Shown: positions 10,374 to 20,705, numbered from the stretch's first letter. The stretch: DNA of 24,694 nt from Emiliania huxleyi CCMP1516 (GCF_000372725.1 NW_005201183.1:191972-216665), one strand, 5' to 3'. Numbers and translations are program-made. The notes: generated from the sequence alone by a model not told the origin.

Positions 10374-10820
10374 ATGAGCGGGCTCGCCTTCCCCGCGCTC
10401 CTCACCAACCAGGCGTGGCAGTTTGCGTGGGCGACCTGGTACAGCGCGAGGCACCCCGCCCGCCAGGTGCAATTCACGGCGCAGGACCCCGATCATCGAA
10501 CGCCCTTCTGGGACTTTCCGCACGCCAGTGTGGACGCCGCCATGAGCTCGTTTCGGATGTCTGCCCTGTACGATACCGTCATCCACGACACCCTCACGAG
10601 GCTCGCCTCCGAGGAGGCGGCCGCCGGCGGAAGCAGCTTCCTGCCGTGGGCGCTTCAGGTGGCGCACCTCCTCGCCCTCGGCCACTGCGCCTGGTTCGGC
10701 GACTGGCTCGTGCTGCGAGGACGGCGGGCGCGCGACCCGCAGGCTCAGGGCGCTCGCGAGGTCCTCGAGGCGCCGCTCCTCCCCATCAAGGAGCAGCCGC
10801 AGCTCGTGGCCGCGAAGTAG
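10374..10820 (+). CDS. Hypothetical protein, 148 aa
   Basis: ATG at 10374 in ORF 10233..10820; GC3-rich codons and complex Trp-rich sequence; no family recognised. Confidence 0.55.
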   Translation: MSGLAFPALLTNQAWQFAWATWYSARHPARQVQFTAQDPDHRTPFWDFPHASVDAAMSSFRMSALYDTVIHDTLTRLASEEAAAGGSSFLPWALQVAHLLALGHCAWFGDWLVLRGRRARDPQAQGAREVLEAPLLPIKEQPQLVAAK

Positions 10821-11116
10821 GTGCGAGCGGTGTGGGGGCGTGCTGTCAAGGAGCAATCGTTGCCACGCCACGTGATCCAGAGAAGGCGGAGTCTGATGTC
10901 TGTGGGCCGCGGTGTCGCGTGTCGCTCCCGGCAGTGCTGTTAGTTACATACATATTGATTCGAGTTTCGACATATTGATTTTATGGCGTATACGTGTTCT
11001 TCCCTGCGGCTGCTCGTCATCACAGCTTGTGAGACTGGTGATACACGTATCACGCATCAGCCAGCAACACGACAGTCTCTCACACGACCGCTGTCACCTA
11101 GCTTGAGCATCATCGA

Positions 11117-11542
11117 TCATGACTGCAATCGGCCCAGTATGACGACCTTGCCGTGCGAAGAGAAGGTCACCTCGACGGGAGGCAAAAATGGCTCGCCTCT
11201 GCCGTTCAGAAAGGCCTGCACGCCCTCGTGAAAGCTCTTGCCGGTCTGGGGGAAGTGCGCGTTCCTGCCGCGCGTAAAGCTGAAGCCGAAGGCTTTGCCC
11301 GACGCCCCTACACCCGCCGCGTCGGTCGTCAAGAGCTTTTTCAGGCCTCCCGGGTGAGAGTTGACCATGTCGGTAGCGTCCACAACATATCCATCAACGA
11401 CTGCCCAGAAGTTCTCTCCGCCTCGACCGTTGTGCTGCCTGACCTCGTCGTGCGTGATCACCCGCGGCGAGGCAGAAGCCGGCAGGGAGAGGCCTTCTGC
11501 GCAGAAGCGTTCATGCGCATGGTCGTCCGACACGACCGCCAT
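11117..11542 (-). CDS. Cytochrome b5-like heme/steroid-binding domain protein, 141 aa
   Basis: ITHDEVRQHN...FWAVVDGYVVDATDMVNSHPGG matches the b5 fold including HPGG; in-frame stop two codons upstream of the ATG. Confidence 0.85.
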   Translation of the reverse strand: MAVVSDDHAHERFCAEGLSLPASASPRVITHDEVRQHNGRGGENFWAVVDGYVVDATDMVNSHPGGLKKLLTTDAAGVGASGKAFGFSFTRGRNAHFPQTGKSFHEGVQAFLNGRGEPFLPPVEVTFSSHGKVVILGRLQS

Positions 11543-11709
11543 GCCTCAACGCCTCAAGTGCTTGGGAGCACCTTGCCCTGCGGGCCGCGTCGGCCTAGCT
11601 TGATGACTGAAGAATTTAAACAAAAGAACTCTCTCTCACAGCAGACAGGCTCGACACAGGTGCGAACTGGCGCGTGCTAGTACTATCACCGGCACACCAC
11701 CGGAGCCGC

Positions 11710-12753
11710 CTAAGCGACTCCGTTAAGAACGGCAATGCACTTAGCTCCGTGCACAATGCCGCTGTCCCCGCACGCTAGCTCGTTCACCGTCTGCCACGCC
11801 ACGGCGGTGTGGAGAACGACAGACAAGCGCTGCATCTGCAGCCCGTGCCAGTTCTTGGTGGTCCATGTGACCTCATCGAGGTGCTGAGCGTGCGAAAGTT
11901 TGTTACTCAGCTGGTCCGCCGCCTGCCGAAGAATTCTGCGGACGCCGTCCCCGAAGCCGCCGAACGTCTCGAAGTCGAGCAAACGCAGGTCGCAATTCTT
12001 CTCCCGCGCGAACCGGTATTCGCCCTTCTCGTAGCGGGCCGTCACAGGTGCCCCCGCCTCCGCCTCCCCCTCACTCTCCCCCTCCTCCTCTTCCGCCGCC
12101 GCCGCCTCCGCCTCTGCATCCTCCGCCTCCCTCCCCCCCTCCCCCCCCCCTCCCGGCCGCGGCCATGCAGCATGCCCTAACACTAAGTCGAGCAGCGCCC
12201 GCTCGGTGTTGCCGAAGGCGACAAAAGCCCCCTTCCAGCCGAGCCGATCGCCACCCTTGCACGCAAGCGAGCTCGTCAGTTTCAAGTCGCCAACGAGGCG
12301 CACATGCCCTTTGCCGATGTTCGCCGCCGCCACGTCAGGTTGTTTTGGGTTACTGTAACTGAGGTGTGCAGTCGGCTCCATCTCGATGAGCATGCCCCAC
12401 GCCGAGCGAAGGGTCTTGACGAGTCGTTTGAGCAGGTATTTGTGTCGTGTCGCGTGCTTCGCACGCGGGTTGACCATTGCGGCATCGCCGAGTTCTTCGT
12501 GCGGCTTGCCGTTTGGCGCCTTCTTGCCCGCCTCCACCGCCTGGCAGGCAACATCGAGCGGGAGGCCGAGGCGGCGCTGAACTGTCATGCGCATCGCCCA
12601 CGTCTCCATCTTCATATCATCCCGCATGGGGATCGCATTCAGGAAGGCGCCAGCCCCCTCCTGGCTGACTGCGACGAACCGAATCGCCTCGCGCCAGCAC
12701 TTGTGGTTCTTGCACCTGCCAGTCTTGTAGCGGCCGCCCTGCCGGGACGACAA
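11710..12753 (-). pseudogene. C-terminal restriction-like endonuclease (PD-(D/E)xK) region of a CRE-clade retrotransposon ORF; open frame, no RT
   Basis: AGAFLNAIP...RRLGLPL, RH, EP, QPDV...VGDLK, FETFGGF motifs typical of CRE/SLACS-type C-termini; homologous to 19770..20705. Confidence 0.82.
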
Positions 12754-12887
12754 GGACAGCGACAGAATGGCGTTGCGCCACAGGAGGAGCAGTGGCGGCA
12801 GCAGAGGGCAGAGACGGCAGAGGCAGGGGCGGCGGCTGCGGAGGTGGAGGGGGCGGAGGAGGTCGAGGCAAAGGCGGAGGCACAGGT

Positions 12888-13321
12888 GGGCTGCTGCTCA
12901 GGCTGCTGCTCAGGCTGCTGCTCGGGCTGCTGCTCGGGCTGCTGCTCGGGCTGCTGCTCGGGCTGCTGCTCGGGCTGCTGCTCGGGCTGCTGCTCGGGCT
13001 GCTGCTCGGGCTGCTGCTCGGGCTGCTGCTCGGGCTGCTGCTCGGGCTGCTGCTCGGGCTGCTGCGAGGGCTGCTGCTCGGGCTGCTGCTCGGGCTGCTG
13101 CGAGGGCTGCTGCGAGGGCTGCTGCGAGGGCTGCTGCGAGGGCTGCTGCGAGGGCTGCTGCGAGGGCTGCTGCTCGGGCTGCTGCTCGGGCTGCTGCTCG
13201 GGCTGCTGCTCGGGCTGCTGCTCGGGCTGCTGCTCGGGCTGCTGCTCGGGCTGCTGCTCGGGCTGCTGCTCGGGCTGCTGCTCGGGCTGCTGCTCGGGCT
13301 GCTGCTCGGGCTGCTGCGAGG
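12888..13321. repeat. 12-mer array (GGGCTGCTGCTC/GGGCTGCTGCGA), about 36 copies
   Basis: Directly visible; reads (EQQP/SQQP)n on minus. Confidence 0.95.
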
Positions 13322-14216
13322 CGAGCCTTGTGCCTGGAGGTCGGGCCGTGGCAGCAGCAGGAGGCTCGGGGACCAGGCTGTCGCGTCGCAGCGGCCGGCC
13401 GGGAGAGCTCTGTTGGGGTTGGCGCTGGTCTAGGGCACCAGAGCGTCGTCCATCAGAGCGTGGCCCACCGGCCGGCAGCGCGTGTACCGAGCTGAAGTCC
13501 GTGCGACTGGTGCCTTCGGCAGCGGCCGCGGGCGGCTGCAGCCGCTGAGGATCTCCAGGTCGGCTCCCACGGTGGCAGCCGCCAAGGGCAGCCACCATCG
13601 TGGGGACGCGCGAAACTTGTACGAAGAATTTAGACAAAACAACTCTCTCTCACAGCAGACAGGCTCGACATAGGTGCGAACTGGCGCGTGCTAGTACTAT
13701 CACCGGCACACTGAAGAAAACGAAAACGTTTGCCCGCAACCCGATCCCGATCATGCATTCCTGTCGTCTGTTGTTTGTTGTGCCCTTGTTTGTTTCTCTT
13801 GGCACCTTGGAGTGCTGGGGGGGGCGACAGGGAGGATGTGGCCTTGAGTTATGTGTACGCCAACTCAGGGTGTGTGGCAGCCAGCTGGCTGTGTGTCTTG
13901 TGAGCTTGTTTGTGTCTGTGTGTCGCTCGTGCGTGTCGTCATCATCTGTCCAGCGTCCACCCATACCGCGTTGGTGTCCAGTCCGAGCCTGGCTGTTCTT
14001 CACCTTTCTACCTACCTACCTACCATGCATGAAGGTTGCAGCGAGAATCGGCGAGAGACTGCGAAGAGAGATAGGAAGAGGCAGACTCCCTAGGGTGGGC
14101 GACGGATAGCGCACCACACACCTCTCCTTAAAATCCCTGTGTGGTGGCGGCGTGCCGTCCTCCCATCCCTCCCTTGGGTTGTCTGTTTTCTTTCTTTCTT
14201 TCTTTTTTCCCGATCA

Positions 14217-14295
14217 TCCGGCCCGCTGGGTGCGCTTCTCCGCTCCCCGGCCCTGGATGTGAGGCTAATGACTGCACTCCAAGTGCTCCAAGTGC
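14217..14295 (+). mobile_element. 79-bp dispersed repeat ending in (CTCCAAGTG)2, copy 2
   Basis: Matches 1695-1773; preceded by a long imperfect hairpin (14080-14186) and a CTTT tract. Confidence 0.6.
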
Positions 14296-14609
14296 CAGTG
14301 TCTTGTTCCGCTTGTCCTGTTGTCCTGGTTGCTTGGATATATCTCTCCCGGCCCAAAGACGGACGAACCAGAGCTCGGCGCAGCCTGAGGGGTGGCCCGT
14401 CTACCGTCTACCGGTAGACTGGGGTAGACTGGGGTAGACGGTAGACCATTTGGTAGACGAGTCTACCACGAGTCTACCGCAGTCTACCGGTAGACCGTAA
14501 TGAACCTACGACACCAGTTCTACCGGTAGACCGTAATGAACCTACGACACCAGTCTACCGGTAGACTTGGTAGACCGCGGTAGACTTGGAGCACTTGGAG
14601 ACTGGTCTA

Positions 14610-15160
14610 CCCCTTTTTCGCCGCCGAACGGCAGACCGCCGCCGCCGGACGGTAGACCGCCTCGGCCGTTTGAATATGCAGCCTCCAGTTCTCCACTCTG
14701 GCGCCACTTTGGCAGACGAGCGCCGGCAGATGCCCTCGCGGCCTGCCGGCGAACGTCCGTCCGGCGAGAACGCGCGCCATAATGGACGTGTGGCTGTCTG
14801 GCGAAAACTCGCTCTCGAGAGCCGCGAGAGGGCGGCGCTCTGCAGTGAGCGGTTCCGCCCGATGAGTGTGTAAAGACGTTCATTTGATCTCATAAAAGAC
14901 ACGGAGCTCGCCTCGCACGGAAATGGCATGAGGTGAAGCTCACAGCGACCGCGCTCAACAGCCTCTCTCACCGGCAGATTTCGCCCGCGCGGCAGACCGC
15001 ACTTTCATCGCGCGTTCTCGCCGGACGGACGTTCGCCGGCAGGCCGCGAGGGCATCTGCCGGCGCTCGTCTGCCAAAGTGGCGCCAGAGTGGAGAACTGG
15101 AGGCTGCATATTCAAACGGCCGAGGCGGTCTACCGTCCGGCGGCGGCGGTCTAAAAGGGG
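14610..15160. mobile_element. 551-bp MITE with TA TSD (Tc1/mariner-like signature)
   Basis: TA|CCCCTTTT...AAAAGGGG|TA; about 144-bp inverted repeat 14633-14776 vs 15009-15152; empty site GGTCTACCGTC visible in the opposite arm (17860-17870). Confidence 0.88.
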
Positions 15161-15182
15161 TACCGTCGGGTACTTATTTTAA

Positions 15183-17421
15183 AGGCCAAGGTAGGCCGCC
15201 TATTGAAATCGAACAGAGCGCTAGCGCTCTCTTCGCGCAAGCTCGCACGGCCTCTCACGCTCCGCTGCTGCCCTCTTGGCGGCTCTCCGCCCGCCAGCTC
15301 GACCAACTCGACCGCCGAGAGGCTGGGATTGGCCGGCGGCGCGACGCGTGGCCTCTGCTGCGGCCATCTCGGACGCTCAAGCGGCGCCAGCCAGCGGCTC
15401 GGCCGCGCATCCTTCACACACGCCGCCACGACCAAGCTGAGCGGGCCCGGTGTCGAGTCATGGTGCGAGATGCATGTCAGGGGCGGCTGTGGCCACAGCA
15501 GGTCCACCAGACGGGCGTCAAAGCTTGCCGTCGGCGTGCTGTAGTGGCGAGAGCCGAGACCGCTGCAGAGGAGCCGAGTGCAGTGGCGAGCCAGAGGCTA
15601 CCAGGGTCACCAGGTGGTAGCCCTTGCCCATTCTGAGCAGGGATGTGCTTTGATGGGGTTGTGCTTGAGCGTGTGTGAAGTGGGAGTGCGTGCCGGCGGT
15701 GTCTGTGGCTGAAACGGGCGTGTGTGAGGCTGCAGAGCCGTGGTATGAGCCAGAGTGAGCTTCATCACCCAAGATAAGTGCGGTTTGGGACGGCTCAGAC
15801 TTGCTGTTGATGGGCCTGGGCCAGGAGAGCGACAGAGAAGGCGAGGTGGTCAGCTGGGAAGCCGCTTTGTCGGCACCTGGACGTGTCGCGATGAAGTGCC
15901 AAAAAGTACTATTTGCGGCTATTGCTCCAAACTTCGGGAGACAAGGCCTACATATTATGACTGCATCCATGAGCCTAGTGCATGAGGGCTGTGGGTCGGG
16001 ACATTTCACAGTCGATGGCGCCGATAATGACCTCCGTAATGCCCTCGCAATCGGCTCGGATGGGGTCCACCGGGGACAATCTCGGAGCCCTCTCCGTGGC
16101 ATCACGAGCCGGTGTGAGCTTGAAGACCCGAGGTAAGTGCGGTTTGGGACAGCTCAGACCTGATACTGATGGGCCTGGGCCAGGAGAGCGACAGAGAAGG
16201 CGAGGTGGTGAGCTGATAGGCTGAAGAGTCCGCGTGTGACCTTGTCGCGATTAAATTGCCACNNNNNNNNNNNNNNNNNNNNNNNNNNNNNNNNNNNNNN
16301 NNNNNNNNNNNNNNNNNNNNNNNNNNNNNNNNNNNNNNNNNNNNNNNNNNNNNNNNNNNNNNCCGAGGTTTTCTGCTCTCAGCTCACCACCTCGCCTTCT
16401 CTGTCGCTCTCCTGGCCCAGGCCCATCAGTATCAGGTCTGAGCTGTCCCAAACCGCACTTACCTCGGGTCTTCAAGCTCACACCGGCTCGTGATGCCACG
16501 GAGAGGGCTCCGAGATTGTCCCCGGTGGACCCCATCCGAGCCGATTGCGAGGGCATTACGGAGGTCATTGTCGGCGCCATCGACCGTGAAATGTCCCGTC
16601 CCGCAGCCCTCATGCACTAGGCTCATGGATGCAGTCATAATATGTAGGCCTTGTCTCCCGAAGTTTGGAGCAATAGCCGCAAATAGTACTTTTTGGCACT
16701 TCATCGCGACACGTCCAGGTGCCGACAAAGCGGCTTCCCAGCTCACCACCTCGCCTTCTCTGTCGCTCTCCTGGCCCAGGCCCATCAGCAGCAAGTCTGA
16801 GCCGTCCCAAACCGCACTTTTTCTTGGGTGATGAAGCTCACTCTGGCTCATACCACGGCTCTGCAGCCTCACACACGCCCGTTTCAGCCACAGACACCGC
16901 CGGCACGCACTCCCACTTCACACACGCTCAAGCACAACCCCATCAAAGCACATCCCTGCTCAGAATGGGCAAGGGCTACCACCTGGTGACCCTGGTAGCC
17001 TCTGGCTCGCCACTGCACTCGGCTCCTCTGCAGCGGTCTCGGCTCTCGCCACTACAGCACGCCGACGGCAAGCTTTGACGCCCGTCTGGTGGACCTGCTG
17101 TGGCCACAGCCGCCCCTGACATGCATCTCGCACCATGACTCGACACCGGGCCCGCTCAGCTTGGTCGTGGCGGCGTGTGTGAAGGATGCGCGGCCGAGCC
17201 GCTGGCTGGCGCCGCTTGAGCGTCCGAGATGGCCGCAGCAGAGGCCACGCGTCGCGCCGCCGGCCAATCCCAGCCTCTCGGCGGTCGAGTTGGTCGAGCT
17301 GGCGGGGCCGGCGAAGATTTCGGGGACGTGACCACAACTCGGGCAGCGACAGCGCGCTTGAGCTTAGCTTGTCCGACACCCCTCAAAATCGGGGTCTTTT
17401 CAATAGGGCCCACCTTGGCCT
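15183..17421. mobile_element. TTAA-flanked element with long internal inverted repeats (Kolobok-like termini), spans gap
   Basis: TTAA at 15179-15182 and 17422-17425; ends AGGCCAAGGT/ACCTTGGCCT; near-identical inverted arms 15290-16216 and 16379-17306; no transposase visible. Confidence 0.78.
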
Positions 17422-17425
17422 TTAA

Positions 17426-17844
17426 GAGCAGGTAAACAGCAATAGATCCGGCCCTCAAGCGGCCTAATCGATACCCAGTCCTCACGGAATCGGTCCCTCG
17501 TTGTACAGCAATCGATCCTTCACACTGCCCGCGCTGCCAAACTTGCTGAGAATCGGTCCCCCCACCTGTGGCGCGAAGCTGATATGTCTCCCGCGCTCGG
17601 CGCGCCGACCGCGCAGCGGCGGCAGACCACCCTCCGGTTCGAGGGGCGCCTGGGGGTGAGCGGGCTGCCTCCGCCAGAGTTTGGCTCGCCCACCTGTGCG
17701 GGCCCCCCTGTACCCCCTCCCCAAGTCCCTCCCCCCCCCGGCCCGGGTGTCTAGCAATTGGTCCCTTGGCAAGCGCGAATCGGTCCCCCTGGCTCCAGGA
17801 ACTGATCCGGCACTACACCCGGATCTATTGCTGTTTACCTGCTC
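17426..17844. mobile_element. 419-bp MITE with TTAA TSD (Kolobok-like termini)
   Basis: Perfect 26-bp TIR GAGCAGGTAAACAGCAATAGATCCGG; TTAA at 17422-17425 and 17845-17848; internal GAATCGGTCCC three times. Confidence 0.9.
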
Positions 17845-18025
17845 TTAAAATAAGTACCCGACGGTAGACCAGTCTACCGCGGTCTACCAAGTCTACCGGT
17901 AGACTGGTGTCGTAGGTTCATTACGGTCCACCGGTAGACTGCGGTAGACTCGTGGTAGACTCGTCTACCAAATGGTCTACCGTCTACCCGGTCTACCGGT
18001 AGACGGTAGACGGGCCACCCCTCAG

Positions 18026-18306
18026 GGCGCAGCTGGTCAAGCGGGTGCGCATCGCCCTCGAGCCGCTCGACGGCATCATCCAGCTGCGCGACGCGCCCAG
18101 CCTCGACATCGCGCAGCAGGCGCAGCACTGCCTCATGCGCTACTGCTCCAACACCACCCTCGTCTACTTCCTGCGCACCATGCCGCCGTCCATGTGATCA
18201 TCGAGGCGGCGCAGGAGCACGACCGGCTCATCGCCTCGGCCTTCCACCGCATCGTCGGCTCCGAGGCGGGCTCGCCGGCGCAGTGCGAGCGTGCGCTGCG
18301 GCAGGC
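18026..18306 (+). pseudogene. RT C-terminal/thumb remnant of CRE-like element B
   Basis: AQHCLMRYCSNTTLVYFLRTMPP / IIEAAQEHDRLIASAFHRIV...ALRQA resembles the CRE post-RT motif; frameshift near 18190. Confidence 0.72.
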
Positions 18307-18309
18307 GCT

Positions 18310-19435
18310 GACGGCGGAGGGGGAGATGGCGGAGGCGGTGACGGTGCGGGTGGCGATGGTGGAGGCGGCGAAGGCGGGGGCGGCGATGGCGGGGGCGGCG
18401 AGGGGGGGGGAGGGGAGGGTGGAGGTGGCGATGGATGCGGCGGCGAGGGTGGAGGGGGCTTGAGCGAGCCATTAGCCCCGCGTTGAGCCGCCTGAGCTCC
18501 GCCACCTCCTGGTCGGCCTGTGGACTCGCCACGGTGTGCTCCCTCCAAGCTTCCGCAAAACGGCGGCCAAAATGGTTGTACAGTGCCGTGTCGACTGCGC
18601 TGACGGATCGTGCGCGAGACAGCTTGAGAAGCTGGCAGCCCGTGGTGTGCCTTTTCATGGGGAGGCCCGCGAGCGCTGATAGTGGCCACTGCATCTTGCG
18701 CCTCAGCAGCAGGAGACCCTCGTCGAGGCGGTCTAGCAGCATTACCAGGCCCAGACTCGCATCGATCGAGTCGCGCCACAAACCGCGATATCGCAGTGTC
18801 GTCTCTATCGTGCGCCGTGCTGCAGTTGCGTTTGTACCAGTCCAGGTCGAAAGCTTGCGAGTTGAGGTGTCGGGTGTACAAGTAGCCACCCCTGTCTCGC
18901 GCACGCAGTCGAGACTCTCGAGCCGCTTGAGATGTGCGTCCCACGCAGCGGAGCAGGCTGCGCCAGTCGCGTTAACACCCCCATTTCTTCCACCCATCAC
19001 GTACCAGTTGAAGGCGCTCAACATCTGTCCTGCTGGCTCGCGCAGGATTGTCACCACAAATGGCGCGGCCCCGAGAAAGGTGCGCATCTTTGGAAGGTCC
19101 ATCACTGCGTGGTTGCAGATGAGGTCGAACTGGTGGACGGCAGGGGGACTGTCGAGCAGCACACCCGGGAACGAACCAGGATGGCCAAGGTGGGTGCCAT
19201 CGGCGGGCATCAGTACAGACAGGTTCTTTTGCAGGGCGAGGCGAAGCAAGATGCTGGCGACAGTTGATCCGCCTGTTTTGTGCGTCTTGACAAAATTGCG
19301 CTGGCGACGTAATAGCCCAAGTCGAAGAGTGCGCGAGCCGCCATCTTGGACTGTGAGGCGAGTATTTGCAACCGGGAGCTCGCCGCCGCCCCTACACCGC
19401 CGCGGCCGCCCTCCCGATGGCATGAGAGAGTTCAT
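18310..19435 (-). pseudogene. Galactose-3-O-sulfotransferase-like gene with SPPPP tail, frameshifted
   Basis: 5'-PSB motif FVKTHKTGGSTVASILLR, ICNH, 3'-PB VTILREPAGQMLSAFNWY, LVMLLDRLDEGLLLLR, DTALYNHF. The expected NSQAFDL segment and the Pro/Ser tail are in another frame. Start uncertain. Confidence 0.82.
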
Positions 19436-19607
19436 CCCACCATCGGCACCGTATTCGCCCACACGCCATGATATTCATATAGGTCTAGTGCACACATCAG
19501 CTCAGCGAGACCAATATCTCCAGCCTCCTTCATCTTGGCTGCTGCTTGGGAGCCAACACTTGCAAGTGAGTGTCAGAGTGTCGGAACTCGGGGAGCATCC
19601 GTCATCA

Positions 19608-19715
19608 TTCACGTTCACACTCGCTAGGAAAAGTGAAATTTCGTTTCACATGAAATGTGAAGTGAAAGTGAAAGTGAAATCGATTCGCTGTTTCCATGTG
19701 AAATCACGAACCCTG
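19608..19715. mobile_element. Solo hAT-like transposon end with GTGAAA subterminal repeats
   Basis: Cluster of GTGAA(A)/TTCAC motifs ending CACGAACCCTG (reverse complement CAGGGTTCGTG); partner end not found. Confidence 0.45.
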
Positions 19716-19769
19716 AACGTTCCACAGTTTTTGTAACGAGTTCGTGACACTTAAAAACCTCATGCGGGC

Positions 19770-20705
19770 GTGCAGCATGGCTCGGCTTTTGGAATGCGTT
19801 GCAGCTACCGGGCGTGGCTAGGCGGGAGGCGGTGCGCTTCATCGCCGTCAGCCAGTACCAGGCGGGCGCCTTCCTCAACGCCCTCCCCTCGCGCCGCGAC
19901 TTTCGTATCCCGACGTGGGCGCTGCGCATCGCCGTCCAGCGGCGCCTCGGGCTACCACTTGACGAGGCGCTCGCGCGGGGCGCGCCGACCTGCTCGGCGC
20001 GCGGCGGCAAGGTGCAGGACCCACTGGGCGAGACGCGGCCAGCAACATCGGCCGCCTCGGGCATGCGGCCGCCATAACAGCCTCCTCGCCGCCCTGGCCA
20101 AGGTCATGCGGAGCGTGTGGGGCATGCTCGTCGAGGTGGAGCCGCGGGACCACCTCGGCTACTCTAACAACTACCGGCCCGACGTCTCGGTGGCGGGCGC
20201 CGGCCGCTCGCGCTCGCGCCTCGTCGGCGACGTCAAGTTCAAGGACTCGCTCTCCTCCAACCCGGAGGACGTCGGCCAGCGAGGCGCTTTCGTCGGCCTC
20301 GGCAACACCGAGCCCGGCACGAGCGCGGACGTCTTCGGCCTCGAGCAGCGCGGCGCTGTCGGGGACGGCGACTTCAGGCCGAGCGACGGCGGCGGCTATG
20401 TGGCGTACAAGAAGGCGGACTACGCGCACGCCCTCTCGCGCTCGGACACCGACGTGCAGATGTACCTGTTCGAAATTTTCGGCGGGTGGTGCAACGCGGT
20501 CAAGCGGCTGTTCTACCAGATGAAGGACAAGGTGCGCAACAAGCTCTCGAAGCGGCAGCACGAGGACGAGGCGAGCTGGTCGACGCGGTCGTGGCTCTCG
20601 CTGCAGGCCCAGCGCATGTCAGTCGCGCTGCAGCTCGCGGCGGCGGAAGAGATTGCGACCGAGCTCAGGCTCGCCGCGGCGTCGGAGGACGCCGCCGTCG
20701 CCTAG
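19770..20705 (+). pseudogene. Restriction-like endonuclease region of CRE-like element B, frameshifted
   Basis: REAVRFIAVSQYQAGAFLNALP...RRLGLPL then RHNSLL...EP...RPDV...VGDVK...FEIFGGW; frameshifts near 20030 and 20068. Confidence 0.85.

Larger units (their letters stand above)
11615..13709 (-). mobile_element. RT-less CRE-like non-LTR retroelement derivative with 89-bp terminal direct repeats (element A)
   Basis: Direct repeats 11609-11697 and 13623-13711 (3 mismatches); ACTGAAGAA flanks at 11606-11614 and 13710-13718; contains endonuclease ORF. Confidence 0.8.
14385..18025. mobile_element. Palindromic non-autonomous DNA transposon (about 0.36-0.4 kb when empty; hAT/P-like 8-bp TSD) hosting nested elements
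   Basis: Ends CTGAGGGGTGGCCCGTCTACC / GGTAGACGGGCCACCCCTCAG; TSD GGCGCAGC at 14377-14384 and 18026-18033; arms rich in GGTAGAC/GTCTACC motifs, converging on a central TTAA. Confidence 0.88.

Noticed and set aside
12304..13548. Cys-rich (CCSG)n ORF resembling a metallothionein
   Set aside because: Translation of a 12-mer array that is open in nearly all frames; the rest is antisense to the endonuclease.
15518..17078. ORFs in the inverted arms as a transposase
   Set aside because: No DDE, zinc-finger or other recognisable motifs.
14385..18025. Whole region as one long-TIR foldback or an assembly inversion
   Set aside because: TTAA junctions parse it into nested elements, and the 8-bp and 10-bp TSDs match across the gap.
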